A DNA stretch of 64,000 nucleotides. Source: Octopus vulgaris (Eukaryota). The notes beneath the pieces are model-generated. The model saw nothing but the letters and a program-made list of their open reading frames with translations, had not been told where the DNA came from and searched no databases. The stretch spans positions 63,550,001 through 63,614,000 of the forward strand of contig OX597827.1 of the NCBI GenBank assembly GCA_951406725.2. The letters are read 5' to 3'. Made by a program: the position numbers and the translations under genes. Shown one piece after another: positions 12,691 to 26,220 of the stretch. Numbering within the stretch: the stretch's first letter is position 1; the number at the start of each line of letters is the position of its first letter.

Positions 12691-13187
12691 TAATAATAAT
12701 AATAATATTGATGATGATGATGATGCTTTCAAATTTTGGTTCAAGACCAGCAATTTCTGGAATGTGGTAAATTGATTACATCGATGCCAGAGTTTAACTG
12801 GTGCTTATTTTATCGACCCCAGGAAAGGATGAACAGCGAAGTCAACTTCGGCAGAATTTGAACTCAGAACGTAAAAATGCCTGAAAATACCCCTAAACAT
12901 TTCGCCCGACATGCTAACTATTTTGCCAGCTTGCTGCCTTAAATAATGACGGTGATGATGATGATGATGATGATAAAAATAATCCCAGCAACTAAAGGCT
13001 CAAGGCCTGGATTTTGTGGGGAGGGTGACAGTCGATCAAATCACCCCCAGTGCTCAACTGGTACTTAATTTATCGACTCCGAAAGGATGAAAGGCAAAGT
13101 CGACCTCTGCAGAATTTGAATTCAGAACGTGAAGGCAGTCGAAATACCACTGATGAGTGGTATTTCGATTCTGCCAGCTCGCCGCCC

Positions 13188-13244
<57 letters not shown>

Positions 13245-13529
13245 TAATAATAATAATGATAATAATTATAATAATAATAATGATTCCATTTATTTGCCAC
13301 AAGGGCGAAGGTTGAGGGGGTCAATACAAAGTCAAACATAAAGTGTTGGGGTTTACATATAATGAAATGATGAAAGAAAGAAAGAGAGAAAGAAAGAATA
13401 CATGGTATACACTGAAAAAGAAGGGACATATGTTTAGCATACAACGGGTTTTGAATAAAGGGCTGGGAGGATGGTAGAGATGTGGGCCTCCTGATACAGG
13501 AAGGCCTCTAAGATTGGAGTGGGTGGATA

Positions 13530-14190
13530 ATGATGTAGAGCTTCTCAGTTAGTCAGATGTTGCAAGACTTAGATTTCTTTCTAAATGCTGGTGTCATGTC
13601 TAACATTGCCCACATGACGTTTGTATTCCTTTCTCCATCCTTTGATTTCCAAATGTGTTTTGACAATTATGTAGTGTTTTATTTTTTATGTGACAATGGT
13701 GAAAGGAGCTGTTGCATTGATGCAGACTATTTTTAAAGTGTGTCTCCTTGTCATCCCTATCTAGCAATCTGGGTAGTTATTTAACATTTGGTATGGTATA
13801 CAATGTTTGTTTCTTGCTAGGCATTTATTTTTCAGGCAGTAGATCTCTTTATCGTGGCAACTGCATGACAGCCCTTGTTGTGAAGCTGTAGGTTAAATAC
13901 ATTGTTGATAATATGACATCTGACATATTCCTTAAAGAGCTAATGATCATCTTCACATTGTTTTTGTTGAGTTGCTGGGGGAATCTTTGGACACTCAGAA
14001 AGTATTAACTGGTGTATGAGAGGTGGTGCAGATATCTCTGTGGTACGAGATTTTGTGATGACGTTCAATGGTGGGTTATACCATGTAATGCCCCTCTTTT
14101 TCTAATTAGAGTAGTTGCCGTTTTGTCTCCAGAGAGAACTTAATTTTCTCAAAAAAGTGGATGGATACCAGCATCTCATCATGGTACTCC
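13530..14190 (-). pseudogene. Penelope-like element relic (RT C-terminus, Cys linker, GIY-YIG)
   Basis: Minus-strand motifs KRGITWYNPP, SCSC...CLKNKC, LSKHIWK and CNI*LTEKLYII occur in the expected order, with many stops and frameshifts. Confidence 0.75.
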
Positions 14191-14787
14191 ACACATTTTA
14201 AACATAGGCATGTTTTGAACATTTCTGTGCATGTATGTGTGTGTTTTGTACAAGAAACAATGATATCTACTGAATCATGGTTTCATGCTACTATCAAAGT
14301 ATTTGTACACTATCTTACTTCGAAAGATTTTGTACTCTATGTTATGTACACTATACTACATGTGGGCACAGTCTCAACCGTTTTATTAAGAACTTCACTT
14401 TGCAACCACATTCTGTCCCATTGTGCAGTACCTTGGGCAAACAACTTCCACCATAGCCCCGGACCATCCAATGACGTATGAGTGAATTTGATTGACAGAA
14501 ACTGTGTGGAATCCCATCCACTCCAATATACATTGTCTTTTGTACAAAAATGATCAACTGATCTCACTGAAGCTGTCACCCTTGCATGTTGGGTTTTTTT
14601 TCTTTTTTTTTTTTTACATTTTAAATCTCTCTAGAGCGAGTTTTTGTCAACAATTTGTTTCAATAATCTCAGTTGATGGCAGTTTTTCAACTCACCATAT
14701 TATTTATACATGCGGGACTCTACTGCATCTATCTGTCTATTGATCTATCTATCTGTCTATCTATCCCTCCCTCCCTCTCTCTCTTTC

Positions 14788-14837
<50 letters not shown>

Positions 14838-15059
14838 CATTTAGCCTATCTTTGTATGTCTAACTTTCTTTGCCTGATATATACGTGTGTGTGTGTGTGT
14901 GTGTCTATTAGTCTGTCTGTCTGTCTGACTGACTATGTATGTATACTCACACATTGGGTGAAGATGGTACTGTGTACATATATATGAATATACGTATATA
15001 TGTACGTATATATGCACAAATACATACATAAACATTTATATACGTATAATACTTTATAC

Positions 15060-15095
<36 letters not shown>

Positions 15096-15099
15096 TCAT

Positions 15100-15179
<80 letters not shown>

Positions 15180-15327
15180 TATATACGTAGGCATACAGAC
15201 ACATTAAAATATATCATATTCCCATACTGGCAGTTATCACACCGCAACGCTATTCGATGTCTCTTCAGCGTCACAGCCGTCTCCACCTCCACTACCTCCA
15301 CCATTGTCAGTCCTCAGCGGTGAGTTG

Positions 15328-15359
<32 letters not shown>

Positions 15360-15647
15360 AGTGGTGATGGTGGGGGCAGTGTTGGCGGTGCAAATGCTAT
15401 CAGATGACTGGCGTGGTGGTCGTTGTCATTGTCGTTAATACAAGTGTCTTATCTATTCCACAGTGCCAGGGAGAATTTGTGTGTGTATACGTATGTATGT
15501 ATGTTACATGTATCTGTGTGTGTGTATCTATATATGTATATACACACAAATATAGACGCATATACATTGATACACACACACATATATATCTATATTATAT
15601 TTATACGTACTCATGTGTATGTTTATATAAACGTGTGTGTGCATGTA

Positions 15648-15695
<48 letters not shown>

Positions 15696-15787
15696 CACAT
15701 ATGTGTATGTATACCTGTATCTGTGTTTTCTATCTATCTATATACATATGCATGTGTATAAATGTGTATACACTGTATATGTACATG

Positions 15788-15818
<31 letters not shown>

Positions 15819-16727
15819 ATTTATATATATATATATATACACATATAAATATTATATATATATAAATATATATATATACATATATATACATATATACATA
15901 TACATATATATACACATATACGTATATACACACACACACATATATATATAGCAAACACAGATAGTCAAACGGAAGGATTGAGCAAGAGAGACAGTTCGGA
16001 GAAAGAGAGGTGGTGGGTGGTAGGTGGTGGTGGTGGTGGTTGTGGCAGCAGCAGCAGCAGCAGAATGGAAGTTTCGGTGATGTGTGTGTGTTGGTAGAAG
16101 GGTTGTGGAAGGTATTGGTCGTGGGGTGTGGTTGGGTGAGGGGTGTGTGCGGTGGAAGCTGGGACAGGAGAAAAAAGACTGATACGTGGAAGCGCCAAAG
16201 CAGCTCACCGATATGGTCTCCTTCCTTCCCTCCACCATCTCCCACCACCACCACCACCACCGCTAACTGTCGATGTTGGCATCGGCGGCGGTGACGACGA
16301 CTACGACCACGACGACGACGACGACGACGACGTGTGTTTGTACACAGACTAGTCTTATCGATTTTTCACCCTAGCTCCACAAAACGACTGTTCTACTATA
16401 GACAACACACACTACATCATTTTCTTGGTATCTTGATATCAGTCTGAAAATTGGAAATTTTGGTTTAGGTTTAGGTTATTTATGTTAGTATTATTGGTAA
16501 TGGTGTTGGTTGAAGAGTGGTTAGTGTTAGCGGGTTTCATGCTGGTGTTGTAAAATGTCGTTAGTTTATAAGCTGTTTTTGGCCCCAGGACGGCTCCTGG
16601 TCTGAAAGACTTACTATCAAACTAAGTACGTATGTATGATAAATACAAGAAAAATAATAAAGTAGATACGTAAATGGATCTTGCGTCGGTTTCTGTGACG
16701 AGCTGTTCATGTACGGCTGTGTATTCC

Positions 16728-16951
16728 TATTTCTTTATTACCCACAAGGGGCTAAACACAGAGGGGACAAACAAGGACAGACATAGGTATTAAGTCGATT
16801 ACATCGACCCCAGTGCGTAACTGGTACTTAATTTATCGATCCCGAAAGGATGAAAGGCAAAGTCGACCTCGGCGGAATTTGAACTCACAACGTAACGCAG
16901 ACGAAATACCGCTAAGCATTTCGCCCGGCGCGCTAACGTTTCTGCCAGCTC
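16728..16951 (-). mobile_element. SINE family A, young copy
   Basis: CpG-intact copy flanked by the direct repeat gtgtattcc (16719-16727 and 16952-16960). Confidence 0.9.
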
Positions 16952-17086
16952 GTGTATTCCGCGTATATATAAGTCCCCATAAGTCCCCTTAATATTAGCT
17001 GTCTGAACAATTAGCGTAACATGGTGTGTGAACAAGACTGTCCCTTTTGAACTTCAGACATGGTGCATCTTGTATTATATATAGTA

Positions 17087-17480
17087 CTAGCAGTATCGTC
17101 CGGCGTTACTCGGGTTTGTTTCGACCCTTTAGAATGGTAATTTTTGAAAAGTAAAAATTTTTGCATTATGTAGCTTGTTATTCTCTTTAAGTGAACATTT
17201 TTCTGGTTGAAATACACCGAAAAATGGTGACACAGCAGTGAAAAAAAATCGTAAAAAATAAGGATTTTAATAGAAAAAAAAAAGCACCTTTTTGATGTAA
17301 ATAATGTTTGGTGTTAACATGGTCCGATTTGAATTTTTTCCTTCTACGGAAGGAAGAGCAAGCCTTCTTCTATCATACCCTCAATTTTGGTCAACTTGCG
17401 CCGCAGGGTCTCGGAGGAGATAGTGTTAGTTGAAGGCTACCAAACCTGCCATACACAGACAACTTCACCTTTATATATAG
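17087..17480 (-). mobile_element. Non-autonomous Helitron, second family
   Basis: The minus-strand 3' end aaacccgagtaacgccggacgatactgCTAG|T is nearly identical to the other Helitrons. The 5' end is ctatatataaag and the interior is unrelated. Confidence 0.75.
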
Positions 17481-17864
17481 TGGGACATAAACTGGCCGGG
17501 TATTTCTCGCTCGCGGACAGGCCGCCCTCTTTGGGGGTTATCAAAGTAGGTATTTGCGGTTGACTCGCAGATAGGTCGCACTATAATCTGGGGAGTTACA
17601 ATGGCCCCTTTATAACGTAAATGTAACTAATATTTGTTAAATATTATCAAATATTCACCTTTATTTCCAAACATTGCTTACAAATTTTAAAGCGTTTTTG
17701 CTGACGTGATTTTATGAAGGTAGTCTGATTGATAAATCAACTCGACTATTGATATGCCACCGTCTACTTCAGATCCCTGATTTTTATCGAAATTTTTGGT
17801 AAAAAAAAAACGGTGGGGGCAAACTATTTGCGAGTATATACGGTAATGTAATTCTGTTTCTTCA

Positions 17865-18195
17865 TAAATGAAAAAGTATATATTTTTTAACGAAATTTTC
17901 TACAAATATCTTTCAGATGGTAGAGATTGCGAATATATCGGGATTTAATGTGGAAAAAGAAAAATCGTTGGGTACGCACACATTCACTCTGACACTTATC
18001 GCATAATTTTTTTTTTCAAAATTTAAAGTTTCACTTCGTAGATATATGATGTGGTGTCAGTAAATGTGTGTACGGGTCCCCAACAGTTTCTTTCTTTTAT
18101 TAAATTCCGATACAGTCGGAATCTACGCCATCTGAAAGGTATTTGCAGAAAATTTCATTATAAAATATCTATTGTGTTGAAAGTTAGGGGAAAAA
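17865..18195. mobile_element. Old fold-back/MITE with ~120-bp degenerate arms
   Basis: gaaattttctacaaatatctttcagatgg ... ccatctgaaaggtatttgcagaaaatttc. The same family occurs at 28160-28660. Confidence 0.6.
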
Positions 18196-18517
18196 AGACA
18201 AAATTCGGCACACTTGTGTAGATATGCCATAATACTCAAACCGAATCAGCCTGTCGTTGAGAGTGACAAGGCTGTAATTTTGAATCACAGAGAGGATGCA
18301 TCCTGTGTTAATAATGTAAGCTGGCTGAGGATTCCACAGATACTTTGTACTCGTAGTTTAGTTTTCAGACTGAATCAGCGCGACACAGTGTGCAAAAAAG
18401 CTGGTCAAGGCAGAGTTTCCAGAATATCTTTTTTTTTCTTCTTTTTCTTTATTAGCCACAAGGGCCCAAAATAGAAGGGGGACAAACAAGGACAGACAAC
18501 ACAAAACACGGAGTACA

Positions 18518-18909
18518 TCTTTATATATAAAAGAGTTGTGTGTCTGTCTCCTACGATTTAGATTCCTAACTACTCCCACATTTTGCGGTGCAGTTTAACC
18601 AAAACCGGGTATCTTATAGTCGTGATTCATATCGAGCCCTTCTGGGTATTAGCGCGCGTCTACGATGAGTCTACGATTAAAAAAATTACCATCATTTTTT
18701 CCCATTTTAATGCATTTTTTTCGCTATTATATAAGGGAAGTAACTCTCTAAAAATGTCTACGATGAGTCAACGATTTAAAAAAAAATTTACCATCATTTA
18801 TTTTCCATTTTTAATGCATTTTTTTGCTATTTTTTGGCTATAACTCTCTAAAGATGCTTATATAGTTATTTCCCTTACAAACCCGAGCAACGCCGGGCGA
18901 TACTGCTAG
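18518..18909 (+). mobile_element. Non-autonomous Helitron
   Basis: A|TC start, hairpin and CTAG|T end. Homologous to 1286-1798, with an internal deletion and a duplication. Confidence 0.85.
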
Positions 18910-19734
18910 TATATAATGAAAATGTATGGGACAATAAAATCGAATGAAAAAAAATGCAATGGTTTACGAGCCCTCCCAGAGCTCACAGTTCCATTTTACT
19001 GTTGATGAATACAGTTTATGATTATCCGAATTCTCCACAAGTTATGTGCGTCGTCAGTTACTCCGGCTCAACCACGCTGGGCAAACTGTTGTAACGCACA
19101 CAAAATCTGGTCTCTATAACAATGCCGGGGAATAACCCTACCAATCTGCCTATTCTAGAATATCTTACGGAGAAAGAAGAGGACATAGAATTGGAGGGTA
19201 AAATATTTTAATAATTGAAATTCTAGTGTAATAATAACAAAATTCTTTCAGAATCATTATTTCTTTTCTATGAAACACAAAAGGATTAAAAAGTACAAAG
19301 GAGGCTCCTTTGTACTTTGGCTGCGTATTAAAAGTTTGCTTCCCAACCAACATGGTACTAGGTTCGGTGTCGCTGACAAATGTCTTCTACAATAACCCAG
19401 AGCAAATCAAAGCCTTTGTGATTGGATTTGGTAGACAGAAACTCTGTGCATGTACATATATCTATTTTTGGGTTCGGTTTTTCTTGAAGAGTTCGATTTA
19501 ACGAAGGAAAGGGCTAATAAAGAATTATCCAAAATTCTGACTGTCTCCTTTGTCTAAATATACAATATCTGCACACCACTTCAAATATCCTATATATATA
19601 TATAACGTTTTTCGTTTGCCCTTATTTATGACTTGTTTATAATTTTAACCTTTAAAGGTATTTTTTAATATGCTGGCCATTGATAAAATTTTTTGGGGAA
19701 AAGAATTTTTTTCGAAAAAATTTTATCCTACATT

Positions 19735-19802
<68 letters not shown>

Positions 19803-20140
19803 ATATAATTCAAAGAGAGTTAGAGGTTGTGAATCCAACCAACTAAGGGATAGTATCTATCCAATTATACAGCTGTTATAGAATACCTAATTAATACACA
19901 AGTGTTAGTTATTGCGTGGCTATTACCCTACTGAGTATGATAATTAGGCGAGGGTAATAAGTGGTTTTTACCCTTAATTTATATGGCAAGAAAATGGAGG
20001 GAATCCAGAGGTAAGTATTCAGCTGATGGATACTACCTCTGGATTCCCTTCAATTTCTTCTTGTCATACACACACACACACATATTTCGTTTTTGGATTT
20101 AGTTTGCAAGATTCCTTATGTGAGTTCGTGTGTTGAAGCA

Positions 20141-20392
20141 TATTCTGTTGTGTCTGGTGAAGAGTCATTTTCTTTTCGTGCCTTATAATTTAACACATTT
20201 ACCGGTAAAATTTCCACTTATTTCTTATTTTTTATTTTCCCAAAATTTTCGTTGCGTCTTGCAACTTTTTCAATAGTCTTGACTCTCTTTTAGGAAAATA
20301 GAAATAAGAAATAAGTGGAAATTTTACCGGTGAGTGTTTTTTAAATTATAAGGCACAAAAAGAAAATGACTCTCCCCAGACACAACAGTATA
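20141..20392. repeat. Inverted repeat with ~90-bp arms
   Basis: ctgttgtgtctgg...ccacttatttcttattt pairs with aaataagaaataagtgg...ccagacacaacag. Confidence 0.85.
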
Positions 20393-20978
20393 TATATATG
20401 AACTCTGTAAGAAATGAAGTCGCCACTTCGACGTGATTATTTCGTACGAACGGACTTCACCGCAGTAACGTCCGTTTTTACGGAACAGCCACGTTGAAGT
20501 GGCGACAAACATTACTTTATATGTATGTATATATATATATAATTTTTTTACTTGTTTCAGTAGTCATTTGACTGCGGCCATGCTGGGGCACCGTCTTGAA
20601 GGGTTTAGTCGAACAAATTGACCCTTGTATATATATATTTTTTTATTTGGTACTTATTTTGTTGGTCTATGTACCTAGAGTACTGGAGTCTTTTTTGTTC
20701 GACTGAACTCTTCAAGGTGGTGCTGTAGCATGGCCACAGTTGAACGGCTGAAACAAGTGGCATTTAAAAGGAAAGACATTTAAATTCCCTGACCTTTTTC
20801 TTCTCCGAAAGGTAGTGAAAACGGAAGAAAAAAAAAAAGAAACTCCGCTTACCTCTTTGAATCATATACAGAGTTCGTTTTCTTTTAATGGGTAAGGTTT
20901 AAAAATTCATAAAAATCATAAATTTTCCCAAAGCATTTTTTTTAATAGCATAAATGAGCTTCTGCTATTAATGGAGAG

Positions 20979-21080
20979 GGATCTTTACCTTTTGACACAT
21001 TCTACCAGTGTGCAAAGTTTGAAAGTGTTTAAGTTACAAAAAATTACTTTTTAAATCTGTAGGTCAAAAGGTAAAGATCC
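20979..21080. mobile_element. 102-bp MITE with GGATC termini and 8-bp TSD
   Basis: Perfect 18-bp TIR ggatctttaccttttgac, with flanks atggagag / gtggagag. Confidence 0.8.
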
Positions 21081-22069
21081 GTGGAGAGAACATATTAAAA
21101 AAACATCAATACTTATCTGAGTGAGAAAGAAACGAGGATGGTGGTCATGAGATATGCTAGAAACAACAACCAAATCGCCTTTTAATCACATCTTTTCGTC
21201 TGAAAATATTTCCTTTTTTTTTTTAAACCGAAACGGCTTCTCCTATTGTTTGTAAGTGTGTAGTGCCTCAAAAAATCGACCAGAACCCACAAAATCGACC
21301 AGAATCGCGCGATGTGGGAGTGAGGGAAAACCCCATCATTTTTCGCAACTTTTTTTTTTAATAAATTAAAACAGCCCAGAGCATTTCCAAGGGCACCGGG
21401 GAAAAAAATCTGAAAAATCCCCGTCAAAACGGAGAAATTCTAACTTGTTGGTGCTTCATAAGTAAGACGTCTCCCGAGATTTCCACCAACACAGGTAAAC
21501 TTTACGTAATTCTAAGGCAGAAAGAATTATCGTGGTACAGTGTGTGTATCAAAGCTTAACTCTTCGAATTCTTGTTACATTCCACCCAGCATTGTTCCAC
21601 GGTTTCCATATCTCCAGCTTTCTGCATCCAGTGCGGAACTCTGGTTTAAGTGCATCATATTTATTTATTTATGCGCCCTTTTCAAGCCTAGCAAGGTTCA
21701 TGGGCCCGGTTTCCCGATTTCTATGACGTATGTGTTCCCCCCCAGCTGGACGGGACGCCAGTCCATCGCAGCGTTACTCAAGAAACAGAAAGAAAGAGTG
21801 AGAGAAAGTTGGGGCGAAAGAGTACAACAGGGGTAGCCCTCTCCTCCCCCCCCTGCCGGAGCCTCGTGGAGCTTTAGGTGTTTTCGCTCAATAAGCACAC
21901 ACAACCATCCTCCGACCGCGAGTCCGCTGCCCTAACCACTGGACCATTGCGCCTCCAAGCACATCATATAAGTCTTCATAACTTTTTTTTATTTTGGGGA
22001 ATTTTCAGAAAATTTTTGCGAATTTGTTTTCTGCACACGACACGGATAATTCCTATGATTATGAAAAAA

Positions 22070-22488
22070 GGATCTTTTCAGTTTGAACGGCAGTTTTTTA
22101 AAAATAATTTCCATGTAACTAAACACTTTTAAACTTCGTATACTGGTAGAATGTGTTTATAAAACAATTTTTTCTCTTGGCTTTATTGAGAAAATTCTAT
22201 AGTTTGTAAGATATTTGTTGTTTTTTTTCTTCAATTTCTTGCAATTTCAACCAATCAATGACCGTCTGTTGAGGTGAAAACATTCTGTGCCGTATGAAAA
22301 TGTCCCTCGTTTAAGAAACAGATTGAGTTTATTTACATTTCTGAAGAAAAAAAGATACCCTTCCTCCACCCCTAACCCTAACCCTAAAATAGATTGAAAT
22401 GCAATAGATCGATACTAGGGTCATAATTATGGGTGACAATTTCATATGACACCGCTAGAAAAAACTGCCGTTCAAACCGAAAAGATCC
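22070..22488. mobile_element. 419-bp MITE with GGATC termini carrying (CCCTAA) repeats
   Basis: 30-bp TIR with one mismatch and internal cctaaccctaaccctaa. Homologous to 42820-43436. Confidence 0.85.
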
Positions 22489-22971
22489 AGATTGAGAGAA
22501 AGTTGGAGCAAAATAGTACAACAGGGGTCGCCAACACCGCATACCGGAGTCTCGTGGAGCTTTAGGTGTTTTCGCTCAATAAACACACACAACGATCATC
22601 CGACCGTGAGTCCGCTGCCCTAACCACTGGGCCATTACGCCTCCAAGTACATCATATAAGTCTTCGTAACTTTTTTTTATTTTTTGGAATTTTCAGAAAA
22701 TTTTTGTGAATTTGTTTTCGACACACGATAATTCCTATGATTATAATTTTTTAAAACCCTCTCACCCCTAAATCCTAACATTTCCACTCTTTAAAAGATG
22801 GACAGTATGAACTGTTTGCTTGAACACCGGCAAAGGACCATTAAATGCTTTTATGGAGAGAAAAATATTGCAAAACATCAAAACATGTCAGTAACAAAGA
22901 AACGAGGTCGTGAGATGTGTTAAAAAGTAACAGCCCTTAACTTTTTCCTTTTGCATAATTGTATGAATACC

Positions 22972-23290
22972 GGTACTACTTGAGAAGAGTGGTCCCGGTG
23001 TGCGCACTCGCGTACTCACGCATCCGCGCTAGCTAGTGATGACTTGTCGATCCATACTTTGTGTTTTTGTGTTTTATTTACTTTGTTTAAAAAGTTATTT
23101 ACTTCGTGTTTTTGTGTTTTATTTACTTTGTTTTAAAAAAATTATTTGCTTTGTGTAAAAAAAATTATTTATTTCGTGTTTTATTTACTTTGCTAGGTAG
23201 TCGTTGAAGGATCGACTAGTCACGACTAGCTAGCGCGGATGCGAGAGTACGCGAGTGCGCGCACCGGGACCACTCTTCTTAAGTAGTACC
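22972..23290. mobile_element. MITE with ~80-bp GC-rich TIRs and GGTAC termini (Merlin- or Mutator-like)
   Basis: ggtactacttgagaagagtggtcccggtg... / ...caccgggaccactcttcttaagtagtacc, with 9-bp flanks atgaatacc / atgaatact. Confidence 0.85.
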
Positions 23291-23587
23291 ATGAATACTC
23301 GTGTGTAGAGAGCACAAATTCGGAAAACTTTTCTAAAAATTACAAAAAAAAAAAAAATGAAAGGGTTATTAAGGGTGCTTACACCAGAATTCAGCCGACT
23401 TCTTTCTTTTTTGAAGACGATAAGCTTGGCATACGGCCGAGATTTTAACTGCTGTTTTAGGTCGAATTTTTCTAACCACTTTAAGTTTTTAAAATTGTAG
23501 CCAGATTATTAACAAAACATATTGTTCTGATGTAGTTTTGCATGTTCATGACAAAAATCGCAATGGATGTTTTTTCTCTACAAATTA

Positions 23588-23965
23588 ATGGCTGTGTGGT
23601 AAGTAGCTTGCTTACCAACCACATGGTTCCGGGTTCAGTTCCACTGCGTGGCACCTTGGGCAAGTGTCTTCCACTAAAGCCTCTCGCTGACCAAAGCCTT
23701 GTGAGTGGATTTGGTAGGCGGAAACTGAAAGAAGCCCATCGTATGTATACATATATGTATATATGTGTGTGTCTGTGTTTGTCCCCCCGCCATCACTTGA
23801 CAACTGATGCTGGTGTGTTTACATCCCCGTAACTTAGTGGTTCGGCAAAAGAGACCCATAGAATAAGTACTAGGCTTACAAAGAATAAGTTCTGGTGTCG
23901 ATTTGTTCGACTAAAGGCGGTGCTCCAGCATGGCCGCAGTCAAATGACTGAAACCAAGAAAAGTA
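23588..23965 (+). mobile_element. SINE family B, full length
   Basis: Head, central gtgagtggatttggtag domain and tail gctccagcatggccgcagtcaaatgactgaaac. Confidence 0.9.
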
Positions 23966-25287
23966 AAAAGTTACAAGCATTTAAAGTTACGTAATTTTAG
24001 CCAATTGGTGTTTATCACCAGCTTAGTTCAAAGCCATTCCATATATGACCACCCTGTCAGTATATCTTATCTATGGTCACATTGTCCAATGTGTCCTTCC
24101 TTTTTTAATGCAGAAGGACGTGGTTTGAAGGGGGATTTGGTTGCTATTTCTAGCAGGTTCAGTGACCACATAAAGAATACTCTATGTTAGCACTCAGAAT
24201 TTTTATAGAGGTGATGCTGATGATGGCGGCTGTGGCATTGGTGGTTGTGATAGCTTTGTACTATTTTTTTTTTGTGTGTGTATTTTTGCCCTGGGTCAGC
24301 CCTGATCAAGCACAGATCAGATCAGAGGCTTTCCAACTAGTAAATCTCATCTGCTTTTGTGTTTCAAGTACTACATTATCTGATGTATATCCCTTCTTCA
24401 AGATGCTGGATTGTGATTTGAAAGTAATTTGACTGCTATGTCTGTTATGGTGGCATTGTGATCAAGCTAGTGTGGTTTATGGTCGTAGTGATCACACACA
24501 CACACACACACATATATATATAAGAAGGAAAAAGAGATTAAAAACTTCAGGCAGATATCAATAAAGCACTCAGTTTTTAATGACCTCAGCGGAATTTGAA
24601 CACAGAACGTGGCAACAGGCTAAGTATAGCTAGGCATTTCGCCCAGTGTGCTAACGATTCTGCCAGCTTGCTGCCTCTTTCTTTACTACCCACAAGGGGC
24701 TAAATACAGAGAGGACAAACAAGGACAGACAAACGAATTAAGTCGATTATATCGACCCCAGTGCATAATTGGTACTTATTTAATCGACCCCGAAAGGATG
24801 AAAGGTAAAGTCGACCTTGGCGGGATTTGAACTCAGAACGTAGCGACAGACAAAATACTGCTAAGCATTTCGCCCGGCGTGCTAACGTTTCTGCTAGCTT
24901 GCCGTGTTGTACACCTTTATAATAATATCGTTTCCCTATGAGTTACCAAGTTAGGCAATATTTACTGTTACTAAAACTATATTAAAACTATATGTATTAA
25001 TTAATCAATTTAAAAAAATTAGATGTTTCCCAATTCATTATGAAAATGCTAATTTAATACATGGAATTTAATGTATAATTTGGCAAATATTTTACTATTT
25101 TCAGTAGCATTATAAATTTAAGGAAAAAAAAGAAACACGAGTGAGAAAAATATGTACAGATACCAGCTGCCTTAAAATTTTAATAGTGAAGTGAGGGATA
25201 TTATACTTGGTGAAGTAAGGCAAGGAATTTTAAGTGAAATTAATTAATTATTAAATACAGAGGTGGGGTATTAGTTTTTGATGTGTA

Positions 25288-25340
<53 letters not shown>

Positions 25341-25769
25341 ATTTGAGGGAATAAAATCCAAACTTACAAGGAAAAAAAATTCAGTTTAGAAATACTAAAT
25401 CAAATTTCACACAATATAATATATATATATAAAATTAGAAAAAAAACCACCTTTTATCAATTCAAAATGAACAATTAAATTACACCATCTAGAAAATTAC
25501 ATATAATAGAAAATTAAAAATTAAAATAACAATAAAATGTAAAGATTAAGTAAATTGCAAAAATAATAATAAAAACGTATATAATAGGTAGAAAAAATAA
25601 TAATAATAACCTATTATATACGTTTTATTCACAGCAACTAAGAATGCTTTATATCACTGTCTCCCTAAGATGACAACTAATAAAACATTTGGAATCTCAA
25701 CATTCATATAGTCATATACACACACATGTAATATCCATGTGTGTCAGTGTGTGTGTGTGTGTGTGTGAC

Positions 25770-26220
25770 ACAGGAGTGGGCATAGGGCGCAGGAGTGGCT
25801 ATAGGGCGCAAGAGTGGCTGTGTGGTAAATAGCTTGCTTAGCAACCACAAGGTTCCAGGTTCAGTCCCACTGTGTAGTACCTTGGGTAAGTGTATTCTAC
25901 TATAGCCTCGGGCCGACTAAGGCCTTGTGAGTGGATTTGGTAGACAGAAACTGAAAGAATCTCGTCGTGTGTGTGTGTGTGTGCACGCGCGTGTGGGTGT
26001 GTGTGTGTATGTTTGTGTGTCCGTGTTTGTCCCCCCAACATCGCTTGACAACAGATGCTGGTGTGTTTATGTAACCATAACTTAGCAGTTCGGCAAAAGA
26101 GACCAACAGAATAAGTACTAGGCTTACAAAGAATAAGTCCTGGGGTCGATTTGCTCGACTGAAGGTGGTGCTCCAGCATGGCAGCAGTAAAAAAAATTGA
26201 AACAAGGTAAAAGAATAAAA
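25770..26220 (+). mobile_element. SINE family B with a triplicated 5' 20-mer
   Basis: caggagtgg..atagggcg repeated at the head, followed by the family B body. Confidence 0.85.

Larger units (their letters stand above)
16717..17843. mobile_element. Probable Tc2/pogo-like non-autonomous element with nested insertions
   Basis: Right end ...gcgagtatatacgg|TA. The decayed left end ctgtgtattcc-gcgtata is split by a SINE. Confidence 0.4.

Noticed and set aside
15269-15319. 51-nt plus-strand exon-like segment ([16 protein letters not shown]) with a GTGAGT donor
   Set aside because: Built largely on (CCA/CCT)n low-complexity sequence, with a weak acceptor.
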